Assembly (NCBI RefSeq): GCF_009914755.1
Contig: NC_060927.1
Origin: the human T2T-CHM13v2.0 reference genome, Homo sapiens
DNA: 64,000 bases
Strand: one strand, 5' to 3'
The notes beneath the pieces were generated by a model. That model was not told where the DNA came from and made no database searches. It saw only the letters and a list, made by a program, of their open reading frames with translations. Position numbers and translations under genes: made by a program. This document shows, piece after piece, positions 1-12,470 of the stretch (its first letter is position 1; each line of letters opens with the position of its first letter).

Positions 1-552
1 GCTTGTCATTCTTGCTGTAAAACTTGAAAAGCATCAAACCTAATCCCTTCAGAAAGAGGCCTGTTTTTACTTATGTCTCTTATTCTATGCATACTTTTAT
101 TAATCTCAACTTTCTTTGGAGCAACCTCTTTCAGACTAGGAATTCTAATACAAACACATTATCAGTTAAAATTTTCTGAGATTTTCATTTTGCTTCAGGA
201 AAAAAAATTCTCTTTGGTGGTGTCCTAGGATCATCTGAATTAAGGTCAGAGGGCAACTCTGTAATTGATTCCATCCTATTAATAATTTTGAGGGAGCGTT
301 TGAATGTTATGCTCTGACAAGCCAGGCCTAATTTTCATGGTTGCCAATAAAATGCTATTTGTAGTCCTCAGTGATGATACAAAATGATGAATGTAAATGA
401 TGGCCCAGATAAACCAGAGGACTGGACTACTGAAGGTGAGGTTTTCTTGGACTAGACTAATTTAGGGAAAGATAGCATCGTTGACAATCATTTATTCTGA
501 AAACTTGAATAAGCGTTAATATTACTTTTGCTGTGCAGAATTTAGATAGCAA

Positions 553-1081
553 GTGCGGCACATTTAAAACATGGCCCCAAGTACTCTGCTCCTTCTCCCG
601 CTGGAAAGGGAAGCCTTGTCCCTTCCCCTTGAATCTGGGTGGGCTTGTAACTGCTTCAACTAATGATGAACTGTCAAGGGCAGAAAATCAAAGCAATACC
701 TTCCACCTGTTTCTCTTACAATTCTCCCTCTTGTTGTACTTTCTGAATCATCCTTCTTGGAATCCAGTTGTCATGCTGTGAAAAGACCCAGTCCACAAAA
801 AGCCCTCGTGTAAGTGCTCCGGATGATAGTCCTAGCGAAGTCCAGCTTTCAAGTCATCCTAGTTCAGGTGCAGATATGTGAGAGAAAAAGCCTTTAGATG
901 ATTGCAACCCATAGCAGTTCAATTCTTCCCAGGTGCAGCTCCAGACACAATGGAGCAGCAACAAGCCATTCCCACTGCAGTCCCAAAGCCAACACACTGA
1001 GTCAGTGAGCATCATGGAACGGTGGCTGTTTCACACTATTCAGTTATGAGTGGTTGTTACACAAAATAGAGAACCAGAATA
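553..1081 (+). mobile_element. MLT1 (MLT1H/G-like) ERVL-MaLR solo LTR
   Basis: Contains CCCCTTGAATCTGGGTGGGCTTGTAACTGCTT and a 3' end GTTGTTACACAAAATAGAGAACCAGAATA typical of MLT1. Confidence 0.7.
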
Positions 1082-1334
1082 GTTAGCTTTTAAATTTTCT
1101 CTCCCATTCTTAGTTTTTCAAATAATGCCTTACTTGCTCTTACTTTATTTGCTATTAACTGAGAAGCCCCAAAGAATGTCAGAAGCATGTTGATAAAAAG
1201 ATAAACATGATTAAGAGATTTTGGGGGGTGGGGCTGGGGATTGAGAAAGAAGAACATGTAACATGCCCACAAATGCTGGTACATATCTCCTGGCTTTTGT
1301 GGTATGCAAAAATAAGTACCAATATTTGGACTTG

Positions 1335-1535
1335 ACAGAGAACTTTCAAATGCATCTCCTTGTTTGATGCAATAGAATTGTCACGAAAATCTTACAAAAT
1401 GAGTATGATCATCATTATCATCCTTATTTTACAGATTAAGAAACTGGGGTTCAGAGAGGTTAATATATTGCCCAAAGTCACACAGCTGCTGGGGTAGGGA
1501 GGCTGAGGGGACCAGAACTCATGTCCCCTGGCCTC
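1335..1535 (-). mobile_element. MIR SINE
   Basis: MIR core TTTTACAGATTAAGAAACTGGGGTTCAGAGAGGTTAA...CCCAAAGTCACACAGCT. Confidence 0.8.
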
Positions 1536-1624
1536 CCATCCCTTGCTGTGCCTGGCACCAGTTGCCTTACAAGAAGAGAACTGCTGCCCCTTTGTGGCAG
1601 CTGATCTTTCTTCATACTATCCAG

Positions 1625-1689
1625 AGCTCCAAACTTTGTAGGAAGCCAGAAGCGTCTCCTTTGTTGAACAGTGCCAAAATAGCAGCTCT
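1625..1689 (+). ncRNA. ADAMTS9-AS2: lncRNA internal exon (65 nt)
   Basis: Acceptor ctgatctttcttcatactatccag|AGCTCC, with a CTGAT branch-like motif and pyrimidine tract; donor CTCT|gtaagt. Confidence 0.7.
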
Positions 1690-1844
1690 GTAAGTTTCCA
1701 CTCAGGGATGGAGGGGTGGAAGAGAGGGATACCAGCTGAGCTTTCATTATTCTGGGAAAAGCACAAGGACTTCTGAGGATTCTTAGTGCAGACCTCATGC
1801 CTTCATCCATTGTGCATCATTTTTAGAAGTTTGATTATTGAAAG

Positions 1845-2620
1845 TTATCTTCTATGTCTCTGCTTAACATATTCAATCTTTTCTCTAGCTTCTTGAACAT
1901 ATGAAATGCAGTTATACTATCTGTTTTCATGTTTCTGTCTACTAATTCTATCATCTGTGTCATTTGTGGGTCAGTTTCAATTGGCCCAGATGGGTTGCCT
2001 TTTCTTGCTACTTTGTGTGCCTGGTAATTTTTAATTTGATGCCTATTATTGTGAATATTACCTTGTGAATATTTCTACATTTTTGAGCGTTGTTCTGAGA
2101 TGTGGTTGAATTACTCAGAGCTAGTTTTATCTTTCCAAATCTGGCTTTTAAGCTTTTTTAGGTGAACGAGAGCTGCACTTCAAGTAGGGTTAATTCTTCC
2201 CTGTTACTGAAGCTCTGGGCACTAGTTCCTCTAATCTCTGGACACACATGCACTGGTTAGTCTCAAATGAACACTCCAGGGGACCCTCTGCAGATCTTCA
2301 GAGTCCTCTGTCTATACAGAACTCTCCTCTCGGGCAGTCTGCCCTATGAATTCTAGCTTCCCTGGCTTCTGTAGACTCCCAGTTCTGTCTCCTGAACTCA
2401 GGGAGACCACTGGACCCTGCCTGGATTTCCCCTCCCTGTACCATGGCCCAGAATCTTTCTTTAGGCAGTAAACTGGGACAATTGTAGGGGGCACTTCACT
2501 TGTTTTCTGTCTTTCAGGAGTCATTGCTCTTTGTTGCCTGATGTTCAATGTCTGAATCCTTATTGTTTCATGTATTTTTTCCATGTTTTAGTTGTTTTAG
2601 GTAGGAGAGTAACTGGAAGT
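1845..2620 (-). mobile_element. ancient L1M/HAL1-like LINE fragment
   Basis: T-rich decayed sequence resembling old L1 5' region consensus; subfamily uncertain. Confidence 0.45.
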
Positions 2621-3354
2621 CCTGTGTGTCTCAAAGACTCAGAAGAAAACACAACCATTGACAGATGGTTGAAATTGGACCACTATTTAGAGATCAGTCT
2701 TGTTCTCAACTGTTTTCCTTCTCTCTGGAACCCTGCCTTCAGGACTATTGAATGGGACCAATTTGTAGGTGCTTTAAATATTTCAGTCACCAAAAACCCT
2801 CTTGGATACTATTTGAGGCCAATTCGCCCACTTTCCAATGCTAAGATTACCACATCAGATTACGTAAAGTGTGTTGTATACTTTATGGCTAAATGCAAAT
2901 GCTAATTCATGCCTTCAGTGGGAGAAAAACATTCATTTTCCTTTATTTATACTTTACTTTTGATATTTAGGCTTTTGTTTTTGGTGCCTTATGGTCTGTT
3001 AAGTATTTGTCACATGTATACTACTTGCCTAGTGTTTTTTAAGTTACACTGCAGCCTGACTTTAAAATCTTGTTTTTGAGACAATACTTACACAATTAGA
3101 AGTCTCTCTTATCCCTTGCATTAAAATCAGTTGCAATTCCTCTGCACTTTCACAGTCTCCTCCTCATACCTCTCTCGCTTAGTCACTTTTATTGTAGGAA
3201 TAGAAGCTCACTTACATGGTGATGGGTGTCATGGAGTTCCAGAGGAGGACGAACTGGCCCTCATGCAATCTGGAAATGATTCCAGGCAGCTTTTTGGCAG
3301 GAGCTCCTGCATCTGTCCTGAGGAGCCCACCATCAATGTGACTCCACCTCTTTG

Positions 3355-3770
3355 TGTATGTCAGTTGATCTCAGGTTGGGTTTCCTGAAAACATACTCTG
3401 AGATGTAAATGGGGGTACAGAAAATTTTAAGGGTGGTGCTCTTGGGACTGATTCCTGTGGGGAAGTGAAGGAAACAGGATTGCACGGAAGGAGAAGTTGG
3501 CCTGCAATGCAGTAGCACAAAGCCCTTAGCTGATCCCATGGGGAGCTCTGGAGCTGTGATGGTTCTTTGAAGTTGTCTTAAATTGAGGGAAGAGGGGCCG
3601 AGTCTTTGTATGTTCCCCATCCACCAGTCCTTGGAGGCAGGCTGCCCCTGAGAAGGGGTTGTAACCATGGGTGGGGTGCTGAGGGCACCCCAGGGAGGGG
3701 CTTAATTGAGACTGTCAGTCTCCTGCACTCCCAGAGCTGGGGGAATGAGTACTTCAAACAGGAAGCCACC
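3355..3770 (-). mobile_element. LTR16-family ERVL LTR
   Basis: Motifs GGTTGGGTTTCCTG...ACTCTGAGAT and CCCATGGGGAGCTCTGGAGCTG. Confidence 0.65.
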
Positions 3771-4024
3771 TAATTAGATTTCGGAGTCCTGGGTAGTGAT
3801 TTTGACTCCACTATTTATTAGCTACTTATTAGCAATGAGAATTTGGGCAAAATCATTTATTCATTAAGCTAGTAGTTTTGAAATGTCTAGCACATGGGAA
3901 TACAGAGGTGATATGGTCAAGTTTTGAAAAAACCCTGCCCCTATGGAACCCACAGTCTTATTGAGGAAGAGAACTGTCATAAGCAATATAAAGTAATGTA
4001 AGTAATACAAAATTACTTTAAAAA

Positions 4025-4185
4025 AGTGCTTCTCTAACTTTAATGTAGAAACAAATCATCTGGGATGCAGATTATGGATGAGTCTGTTGGTCCAGGGTGG
4101 AGACTGAGATTCTACATTTCTAATAAGTTCCCAGTTGATGCTGATGCTGCTGGTCTAGGACCACACTTTGAGTAGTGAGGTTCTA
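4025..4185. mobile_element. MER5A hAT-Charlie MITE
   Basis: CATTTCTAATAAGTTCCCAGTTGATGCTGATGCTGCTGGTCTAGGACCACACTTTGAG. Confidence 0.75.
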
Positions 4186-6889
4186 AATACAGTGAATTAG
4201 GAGGGTCTGGTAGAGGGAGAGGAAAGCTGGTTTAGATAGAGTGGTCTGTGTGAGGGGGGGATGTTTGAATTGAGACCCCCAAAATGTGAAATTGCTTCAT
4301 CTGTCTTATTTTCTTCTATTATAAAATGGGAATAATTATAACAAGTCTGGCACATTGTAGGCACTCAACAAATATTTACTATTATAGAGGTTCTTGCTGG
4401 CTCTTCCCGACCCATCATGATTGTCCTGCCTCCTTCTACCTCATGACCTTTCATCTTTTACTCTTGCTGCCATGTTCCTAAGAACAGGTGTCTGATTGGC
4501 TCAACCCCATGTGGGGAGACTGCTTTAGGCCCAGGCACTTCATAGGCTGCTGACCAGCCTACCAATTGGCTATCCTTGGCTTTGTTGCCCTTCACTGGTC
4601 AAACAGCTACAACTGGAGGACTACAGGGTCATATGGTGTGAACAGAGCTGCTTAAAACTGCCCCCTTAGTGAAGGCTGTAGCCACGCACTGAGGCTAATG
4701 TTTAATATGTGTGACCCATTAGATCACGGGGCCCATTTGACTAGGGCTAGCTAGCTGTTTGTGGATTTATTTCTTGTAATGGGTTATGAACTCCTTCAGG
4801 GCAGAAACCTGTTTTTCCTGATGCCTGGCAAAGTGTTGGGCATACAATAGGAACTTACTATGGAGGTTTATTTAGCAATATTATAGAAGTTTGCCATGTG
4901 GGCTCCCATGGTCCAAGGAAGGTTGGGAGGAGGAAGCTGACAGAGAGAAGGAATTTTAAAGATGAGGCTTTCAATAAGTGGAGAGAAGGAGAATGTTCAC
5001 AGAGACAGACACATAAGCAAAAGTTTGGTGGGTGAAAAGACCGACATTTTAGGGAAACAAACAATGTGTTGGCTTTTTCAAAGAGTAAACTAAATTTCAG
5101 CAATATTTTTCCCCATTGCAAGTACCAATTGGCATTTTCTTTAAGGCTTCCTGTGAATTAGTCACCCTACTCTTGTGTGTATTCACACACGCACAAACAC
5201 AAAATATAGTAGAGATAAAACATTCCATTTCAACATATTCCACTCATGTATTTGCTTCACTAGCTGCAGAGGTGCAGAAGTCCAAAGCCAAGAGTAATAA
5301 AAATGTATTAAGAGGCAGCTTGCACAGGAGGTGGTTTTTTGCAAGGGTTCACAGATCTTATTTTAAGGTTGAAGCCCCCCAGATGTCCTTCCTCCTCTTT
5401 TCAACTGACAGTTGTGGTTGTGCAAGGACTACGGCTGGTCCCGGTGAACCGCCAACCAGGCTCAAACAAACAGCCACTTGTGGCTGTGGATTTCCTCTTG
5501 GCTCTGCCTGGAGGCAGCAGTTAGTATTGAGGGAGTTTAGGGGCTGGAGGCTGGGGTCAGACTGCAAATGGTGCTAATTCTGACTCCAGTCACCCCCACA
5601 ACCCCCATTTTTCATTACTGTTGTGACAATTTTAGCTTCTTTCTTAAACACAAATACTGCTCAAGGGAATTTTGGAGAAGATATCCCTTCCAAACTGGAC
5701 ATTACCTAACTTTTTAATGACTGTGACTCCTGATAGATGAGGATGCCTCTATTTTGGTCTTTGGGATGTGGTTGAAGTTTCCTTTCCCCATATCTATCAA
5801 GAAGAGTTCGGCTTAAAGTGATGATACAAACAAGAGTTAGGGGGACATGTTTAACCTATTTCAGATCCACTCGCACCTGAAAAGTTTTCTAACTAATCTC
5901 CCTCCCTCAAATCTTTTAGACTAGAATCGTTTTTGCTCACCACAGCCAGATTAATTCTGACATTTTCATCATGCCATTACCAGAATCTCAATGACTGCTT
6001 TAGCCTTTAGGATAAATCTCTTCTCGTTTTGCTCAAATTTAACTTTGCCTTCCCCATTCTGGCCACAAACTCTTTCCATCCTTGCATCCTGATTTTGTAC
6101 CATCTGTAATCTAGCCAGATTGGTGAAGTCACTGTCCCTATAGCCCATGATTCCTATCTCCAGGTCTTTACCCATATAGTTCCTTATGCTGGCCATGCAG
6201 TCTCATTGTTCCTCTCTGAATTCACTAGTTCTTCAAGCCCAGCTTAAACCCTGCTTCCTCCAGCCTCCAGGATGTCTCTCCTCCCAAACTCTTCCAGCAT
6301 CTCCTTGGACTCTTCATCACCAAATCTTAACCTTGTCTGTATTGTTTGTCAGCTTTTGATGTGTCTAGGTTCTGTTTCCTCAGTTTAGACTATAAACTCC
6401 TAGAGGGAGAAGATGTTTTACCTATTGCACAAAACTCTGTAGGTTGATGAATTGTGTGAGGAATGCTGTTAATTACAAATAAATTTTATCAAAAGCAGAA
6501 TTTAAGGGTTTCACACTTGACAATTCTAACAATGCCAGCATCATATATACTTGAAATTAATAAACTAGCATATCAGCAGACTTTGTTCAGGCTGGTTTGT
6601 TTTATATAGTAGGACCGTATAGTGGAAAGATCTCTCCACAGGGGTCCAGAGACTGGGCTCTAATCTCATCTCTGCTGGAAACTGGCTCTGGTGTCTCTCA
6701 TAAGTGGACCTGCTTCCCTGGGGCTCAGTTTCATTAAGCTGTGAATTTCAGAGAATATTATAATCCCAGTTTGAATTAATAGAAAGAAGGGGCAAGGCTG
6801 GGGTAGGTAGGGTGGCACATTTCTAACAATGTTGTTTGAATTTAAACTTTTGCCCCTGTTTTCCTCTATTTGTTTTCTCTTATGAGAAT

Positions 6890-7492
6890 TGCCTTCTATC
6901 TCCTCTTTCTCTCCTTCTCTCTCAAATTAGGATTGTTCTCTCTCTCTGTCTCTCTCTCCTCTCCTCTCTCTTTAGGATTGCCTTCTCTTTCTCTTTCTCA
7001 TTAGGATTCTCTCTCTTTCTCTCATTAGGATTGCCTTCTCTCTCTCTCTCTCTCTCTCATTAGGATTGCCTTCTCTCTCTCATTAGGATGGCCCTCTCTC
7101 TCTCTTCTCTCTCTCTCTTTCTCTCATTAGATTGCCTTCTCTCTCTCTCTTTCTCATTAGGATTCTCTCTCTCTCTTTATCTCATTAGGATTGACTTCTC
7201 TCTCTCTCTCTCTCTCTCTCATTAGGATTGCCTTCTTTCTCTCTCTCTCTCATTAGGATTGCCTTCTCTCTCTCATTAGTATTGCCTTCTCTGTCTCATT
7301 AGGATTGCCTTCTCTCTCTCTCTCTCATTAGGATTGCCCTCTCTCTCTCCTCTCTCTCTCTTTCTCTCATTAGGATTGCCTTCTCTCTCTCTCTCTTTCA
7401 TTAAGATTGCCCTCTGCGTCTCATTAGGATTGCCCTCATTCTCTCTCTTTCTGTCATTAGGATTGCCTTCTCTCTCTCTCTTATTAGGATTG

Positions 7493-7537
<45 letters not shown>

Positions 7538-7976
7538 ACTCTCTTTCTCTCATTAGGACTGCCTTCTCTCTCTTTCTCTTATTAGGATTGCCTTTTCTCT
7601 ATCTCTGTCTGTCTCTCTCTCTCTCTTTCTCTCATTAGGATTGCCTTCTCTCTCTCTCTTATTAGGATTGCCTTCTCTCTCTCTCTCTTTCTCTTATTAG
7701 GATTGCCTTTCTCTCTCTCTCTCTCTTTATCTCTCTCTCACTTATTAGGATTGCCTTCTCTCTCTCTCTCTCTTTATCTCTCTCTCACTTATTAGGATTG
7801 CCTTCTCTCTCTCTCTCTCTTTCTCTTACTAGGATTGCCTTCTCTCTTGCTCTCTTTCTCTCTCTCTCTTTCATTAGGATTGCCCTCTCTCTCTCTCTCT
7901 CTCTCATTAGGATTGCTCTCTCTCTCTCTCTCATTAGGATTGCCTTCTCTCTCTCTCTCCTCTGTCTCTCATTAGG

Positions 7977-8012
<36 letters not shown>

Positions 8013-8150
8013 CCCTCTCTCTCATTAGGATTGCCCTCTCTCTCTCTCCTCTGTCTCTCTCTCATTAGGATTCTCTCTCTCTCCTCTCTCTCATTAGGAT
8101 TGCCCTCTCTCTTTCTCTTATTAGGATTACCTCTGTCTCTTTCTTTCCTT
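6890..8150. repeat. compound microsatellite/VNTR: (CT)n tracts punctuated by ~35 copies of (C/T)ATTAGGATTGCC(T/C)T
   Basis: Directly visible; unit spacing is variable (~20-70 bp); one strand is almost purely pyrimidine. Confidence 0.97.
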
Positions 8151-8949
8151 TTTTTTCCCTTTAAGTGTCAGTAAACCTGATAATGATCTCACTTTCCTTT
8201 TATTTCTTTCCTTGTTCTTACCACACTTCAGTGTGTTCTTCTTTGATAAACATTTCTCACGCCATGAATGCTGAGTGCTGCACATACAAGCTTCTGCTTA
8301 CTTTGTCCCCAGAATCTTTTATTTTAAAAAAAATAAGTGAACTCTTAGCCCTGAGAATAGATTTTTCTTGTAATTAAACAGTGCATTTCCACTCACGAGT
8401 GCCAAGTCTATTAAAAGCATGACCTCATTCATCTATCATCTCCTGTCAGTTCATAGGACTTCTGAGGATGGAGGTATAAGGGAAATGCCCATTGAGCCAT
8501 GCCACTTTAGAGAGTGAGAAATCAAGACCCAGAGGCCCCAGCGGTTTGACCTAGGGATTCAAGGAGTCCTTGTCTACTAGGGGAGCAAAACATGGGGCTC
8601 TTGGTTTCTGGCCGCTTTTCTAGCCACAGGCATGGGGACAAGTTTGAGCAGAATCTGGAGTCAAATCAGTCAGGAAGCAGCCAAGAAAGAGTGCTGCCCC
8701 TGGGGATTTAAGGAGGTGATGAGTGAGTACAGTGATGTGATCTGACTGGAGACAGGTGAAGGAAAAAGAATTCACCCACACTCAGAGACCTTTCTAGAAA
8801 AGGAGAAGGGAAACCTCCATTTAGGCAAGACCAAAGGGAAGATGAAAAAAAGGATATGGGCCACATTGAATTCTTTTTATTGCTGTCCAATCTAGCTGCC
8901 AGTCTGTATCATCTGCTTCAGACCTCCCAATTTTGTCTTGAGACCCGGC

Positions 8950-9162
8950 CAGAGATGGAGATATCATGAAGCTGATGAAGCTTAAGCTTCAGGGCTCCCA
9001 CTTGCGCAGGCCCCTTGTAAGTCCCAGGAGGGCCCTAACACTGAGTTCACAAGGTTATATCTTTTTGCAAAATTTGTGAAAGAATTCTTTTCTTAATGAG
9101 CCTTACCTCACACCTCCAAATTGTTTAAGTTTTAAGGCCTTACAGATCTGAATCTGCTCCTG
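8950..9162 (+). mobile_element. MER69A-like hAT MITE
   Basis: GAAGCTGATGAAGCTTAAGCTTCAGGG...AAAATTTGTGAAAG...TCTGAATCTGCTCCTG. Confidence 0.65.
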
Positions 9163-9608
9163 AACCTGAGTCCCGTTGACACATTGACACATAATGTCTG
9201 CAGCTTTTGTGCCCTCAAGAAACCACTCCTTTTCCTAAGTGGATCTGTGTGGTCTTAAACTGCCAAACTATGTTTATGCCTGCTCTGTGTCCTTACCACA
9301 CAATTGCAATTCTTGGCCTTAAGAAGGAAAGCTAGGCTTCTTTGAGAGATTATTATTTAACCAATGCTTTCATAAACACCTCCTTAGTTCAGACTCACCA
9401 CATCTAACTTTTTGCAAAGTGGGGGAACAGGTTCAGGAAGTTTTGATAACTTGGTGAAGGTCACATGGCTTGAAAATGGCACAGCTCAAATGGAAGCCAA
9501 TTATTTTTGCATAAGCAGGGATAGAGAGGAGAAAAAACCAGAGGATTCTGGGGTGAAAGGAAAGTTATTTCCTTTTTGCTCAATCTACATTTCTCTTTTT
9601 CTTTGCAG

Positions 9609-9696
9609 ATCCTTTCCTCTCTCCTCTTTCTGATTCCAGTCAATATGTGTTATGGAGTCTGTGGTCTCCACAAGGCCTTGGGATAGGCATCCAAAG
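9609..9696 (+). ncRNA. ADAMTS9-AS2: lncRNA internal exon (88 nt)
   Basis: Strong acceptor tttctctttttctttgcag|ATCC; donor CCAAAG|gtgaag. Confidence 0.7.
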
Positions 9697-10010
9697 GTGA
9701 AGAGGGCAGTTCCTGGAAATTTAAAAGAGAAAGCAAAATAACTACAGAAATTAAGAATATCTGACAGTAGAGAGCTACTTAGTGCTATGGGGTGGGGAAG
9801 CTGGAGGTGTAGGTAAGCATTGAAAGTGACATGTGATATGGATCTCAGATAATATTCAGTGGGATGAAGGTAATTGGGAAAGATGTCCATGGAACCTGTG
9901 ACATGAGCCTACAGGAAAGAAAAAATATGTATAAGCCATATTGTCTTTGACCTGGGAAAAGGGGTTGGGGGTGAGGTGCTACTGGCATTGAGCCTCATGC
10001 TTTATCAGAG

Positions 10011-10197
10011 CAGTGAGTCTCAAACTTTAGCATGCATCAGAATTCAGCAAGACTTGTTAAAACTCAATTCCTGGAATCCACCTCTGAGTTTTTGTGGGGG
10101 TGGGGCCTGTTGTGGGGCCTGAGAGTCTGCATTTCTATCAATCTTCCGCGTGATGCTGATGCTGCTGGTCTGAGGACCATACACTGAGTGGCACTGC
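10011..10197. mobile_element. MER5A hAT-Charlie MITE
   Basis: CAGTGAGTCTCAAACTTTAGCATGCATCAGAAT...GATGCTGATGCTGCTGGTCTGAGGACCATACACTGAG. Confidence 0.8.
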
Positions 10198-10249
10198 TTT
10201 AGAGAACCCCACTCTGGGCTGTGCTCCTCTTTTATATGGCAAAAGGTCT

Positions 10250-10845
10250 GCAGGGCCAAGAGGGTGGTGCCCACTCACAACTCATGGCCCACCTTTTAGA
10301 CTACTCTTTGGGATAATCTGAGGTCTTGGATTTTTCTGCTCATATACCCCTGAGTGGTCCATATGCATCTCCAGGACTTGGTGGGCCTCTTTCCTGGGTT
10401 TCTCTTCTCAAAGAGAAGTGAGAACTATCTCACCATCTCACTGATGTGTGCACCATTAGTTCTGAGAGGTGGCCATGGGATGGCTCTTTGCTTGGGGCTG
10501 TGGACAGACCTTGGACCTGCAGACTTATATGCCTGTATCTATGTATGCTGGCCCTTGTGGTCAAGATAAATGCAGGGATTGGAAGAAATGAGGGCAAGGC
10601 ATGGGTCAGAATCCAGAAGCTGTGCTTCTCTCACCTCTGTGTTCCACCATAGCGTCCTGAGGACCTGCAGGTTTCTAAATGCAAGGGTGGCTTTCTAGGT
10701 GATTATGTAGCTATATTTGTCAAGGCAAGAACATAATATATATTTGATTTGATGGCTTGCTTACTTGATTTATAATTTGTAAATATTTGGACATTTGGTA
10801 TGTGGGCTTCCACTTCAAGCCCTTTAAATGTTAGAGGTGGGCCTG
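10250..10845 (-). mobile_element. MER115/Zaphod-like hAT-Tip100 element
   Basis: End GGTATGTGGGCTTCCA...AAATGTTAGAGGTGGGCCTG resembles the reverse complement of the family terminus. Confidence 0.5.
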
Positions 10846-10874
10846 TAGATAAGAATAAGCCATATTTTATTCTG

Positions 10875-11390
10875 TTTTTTTAAAAACAGTTTTGTTGATA
10901 TATAATTCACATATCATACAATTCGTCCATTTAAAGTATACAATCCAATGGCTGTTGGTATGTTCCAGAGTTGTACACACATCATCACAATCAATTTTAG
11001 ATAATTTTCATCAACCAAAAAAGAAACTCCATGACTTTTACTAGTCATTTCCCATTTCTGTTCCCCAAGCCCCCAGCCTATCCTCTCACTCCTACCCCCA
11101 GGCAATTGCTTATCCACTTTCTGTCTCTATATATTTGCCTATTCTGGATATTTAAAAAATTCCTCCTATCTAACTGTAATTATACACCCTTTAACCAACT
11201 GCTCCCCATCCCCCTTTCCCCACTAACCACCGAGGCTCCTGGTAGCCAGCATTCTACTCTCTCCTTCTAGTGAGATCGGCTTTTTTATATTCCCCATATG
11301 AGTGAGACCATGCTGTATTTGCCTTTCTGTACCTCGCAGATTTCACTTCACATAATGTCCTCCAGGTTCATCCATGTGGTCGTATCATTC
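10875..11390 (-). mobile_element. old L1 (L1MB/L1MA) 3' end fragments
   Basis: GATATATAATTCACATATCATACAATTCGTCCATTTAAAGTATACAAT and CATAATGTCCTCCAGGTTCATCCATGT. Confidence 0.8.
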
Positions 11391-12227
11391 TAATTTTCAT
11401 AAAAGAAAAAAGGAACACCTTTTTTGCTTCCCCCCTTGTTATAAACATAGAAATTCTTCCCTCAAGTTGATGACTCACAGAAATGTAGCTCCTGCTGTAG
11501 ATGAGAAACATGGGGATCCTGGCTAATCATGGATGGAGTGGGCCATGTGGACTTTTGTGTTCCCCCACCTCTCTCTTTCTCTGGATCCTGCCTACCTTCT
11601 CCTGGTGTTCTTGCTTCTCTCCCACTTCTAAAGCCTGTCTTCGAAATAACATGCTGATATTAGCTAATAATGGTCCGGGGCTTCTCCCAGGAACACTCCT
11701 CAGATGGGCAAAGCCTCTGAGAATCTGAGTCACAACATTCTAAGTGCCGTGGCTTCATCTGTGGGGGTGGCGCATTTTGGGGTACACTCCAAGTTATACC
11801 ACAATTGGGGCTTCCAGCTTGTGGATTTAAGCTTGTCCAGAAGAAATGTTTCAAACAGAAGAAGACTTTGTAGACATTGAAGACACATAGAAGTGATATG
11901 GGGCCAGGTAGTAAGTGGCAAAACTCAGAAAATTTTGAATTTTGCTCAGTGGTTCTAAGTTGAACAGTATGGATTTTGTAGGCACCAGATTGCCTTGAAG
12001 CTTGTAATCATGCAGATTCCTTAGGCCCCACCCTGAACATTTTGATTCAGTAGCACATTTTTGGTCCTGGAGAGTGGATCGAAAAATAACATGTTTAACG
12101 ATCACTTCAGTTCCTGTTGCAGGTGGTTCATGGAACCCCAGTGGAGAGCTCATTCTCATGTTCAGGAGGAAGATACTGCTTACAGCCAAAGAACAGATTT
12201 GTAAAAGAAGGCAGAGGAGTCCTTTTT

Positions 12228-12470
12228 GGAGGTAGCAGAGCCTAGTGGCTGAGAACATGACATCTGGACCAAGACTGCTCAGGTTCAAATCCCACCTCCA
12301 CTATTTACTAGTTGTATAACTTTGGGCAAGTTACCTAACCTCTCTAAACTGAGTTTCCTAATCTGTAAAATGGGGGTGATACTCAAATTCTCACAGGGTC
12401 GTTTTGAAGATCACATGAGTTAATCAATGTAAAGCACTTGGAACAGTGCCTGGCACTATTTGGTATTATT
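12228..12470 (+). mobile_element. MIR SINE, near full length
   Basis: GGTTCAAATCCCACCTCCACTATTTACTAG...CTTTGGGCAAGTTACCTAACCTCTCT...CTGTAAAATGGG...AAAGCACTTGGAACAGTGCCTGGCAC. Confidence 0.85.

Noticed and set aside
366-436. Possible small exon ending at donor GAAG|gtgagg
   Set aside because: The upstream acceptor lacks a pyrimidine tract; insufficient support.
5116-5577. 153-aa ORF with overlapping ORFs on both strands
   Set aside because: Non-ATG (TTG) start, no recognisable domain and no supporting splice structure; compatible with chance.
6836-8028. Leu/Ser-rich and Arg/Glu-rich ORFs; repeat-spacer look reminiscent of a CRISPR array
   Set aside because: These are translations of the (CT)n repeat. 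The spacers are simple CT runs rather than unique sequence, there are no cas genes, and the DNA is primate.
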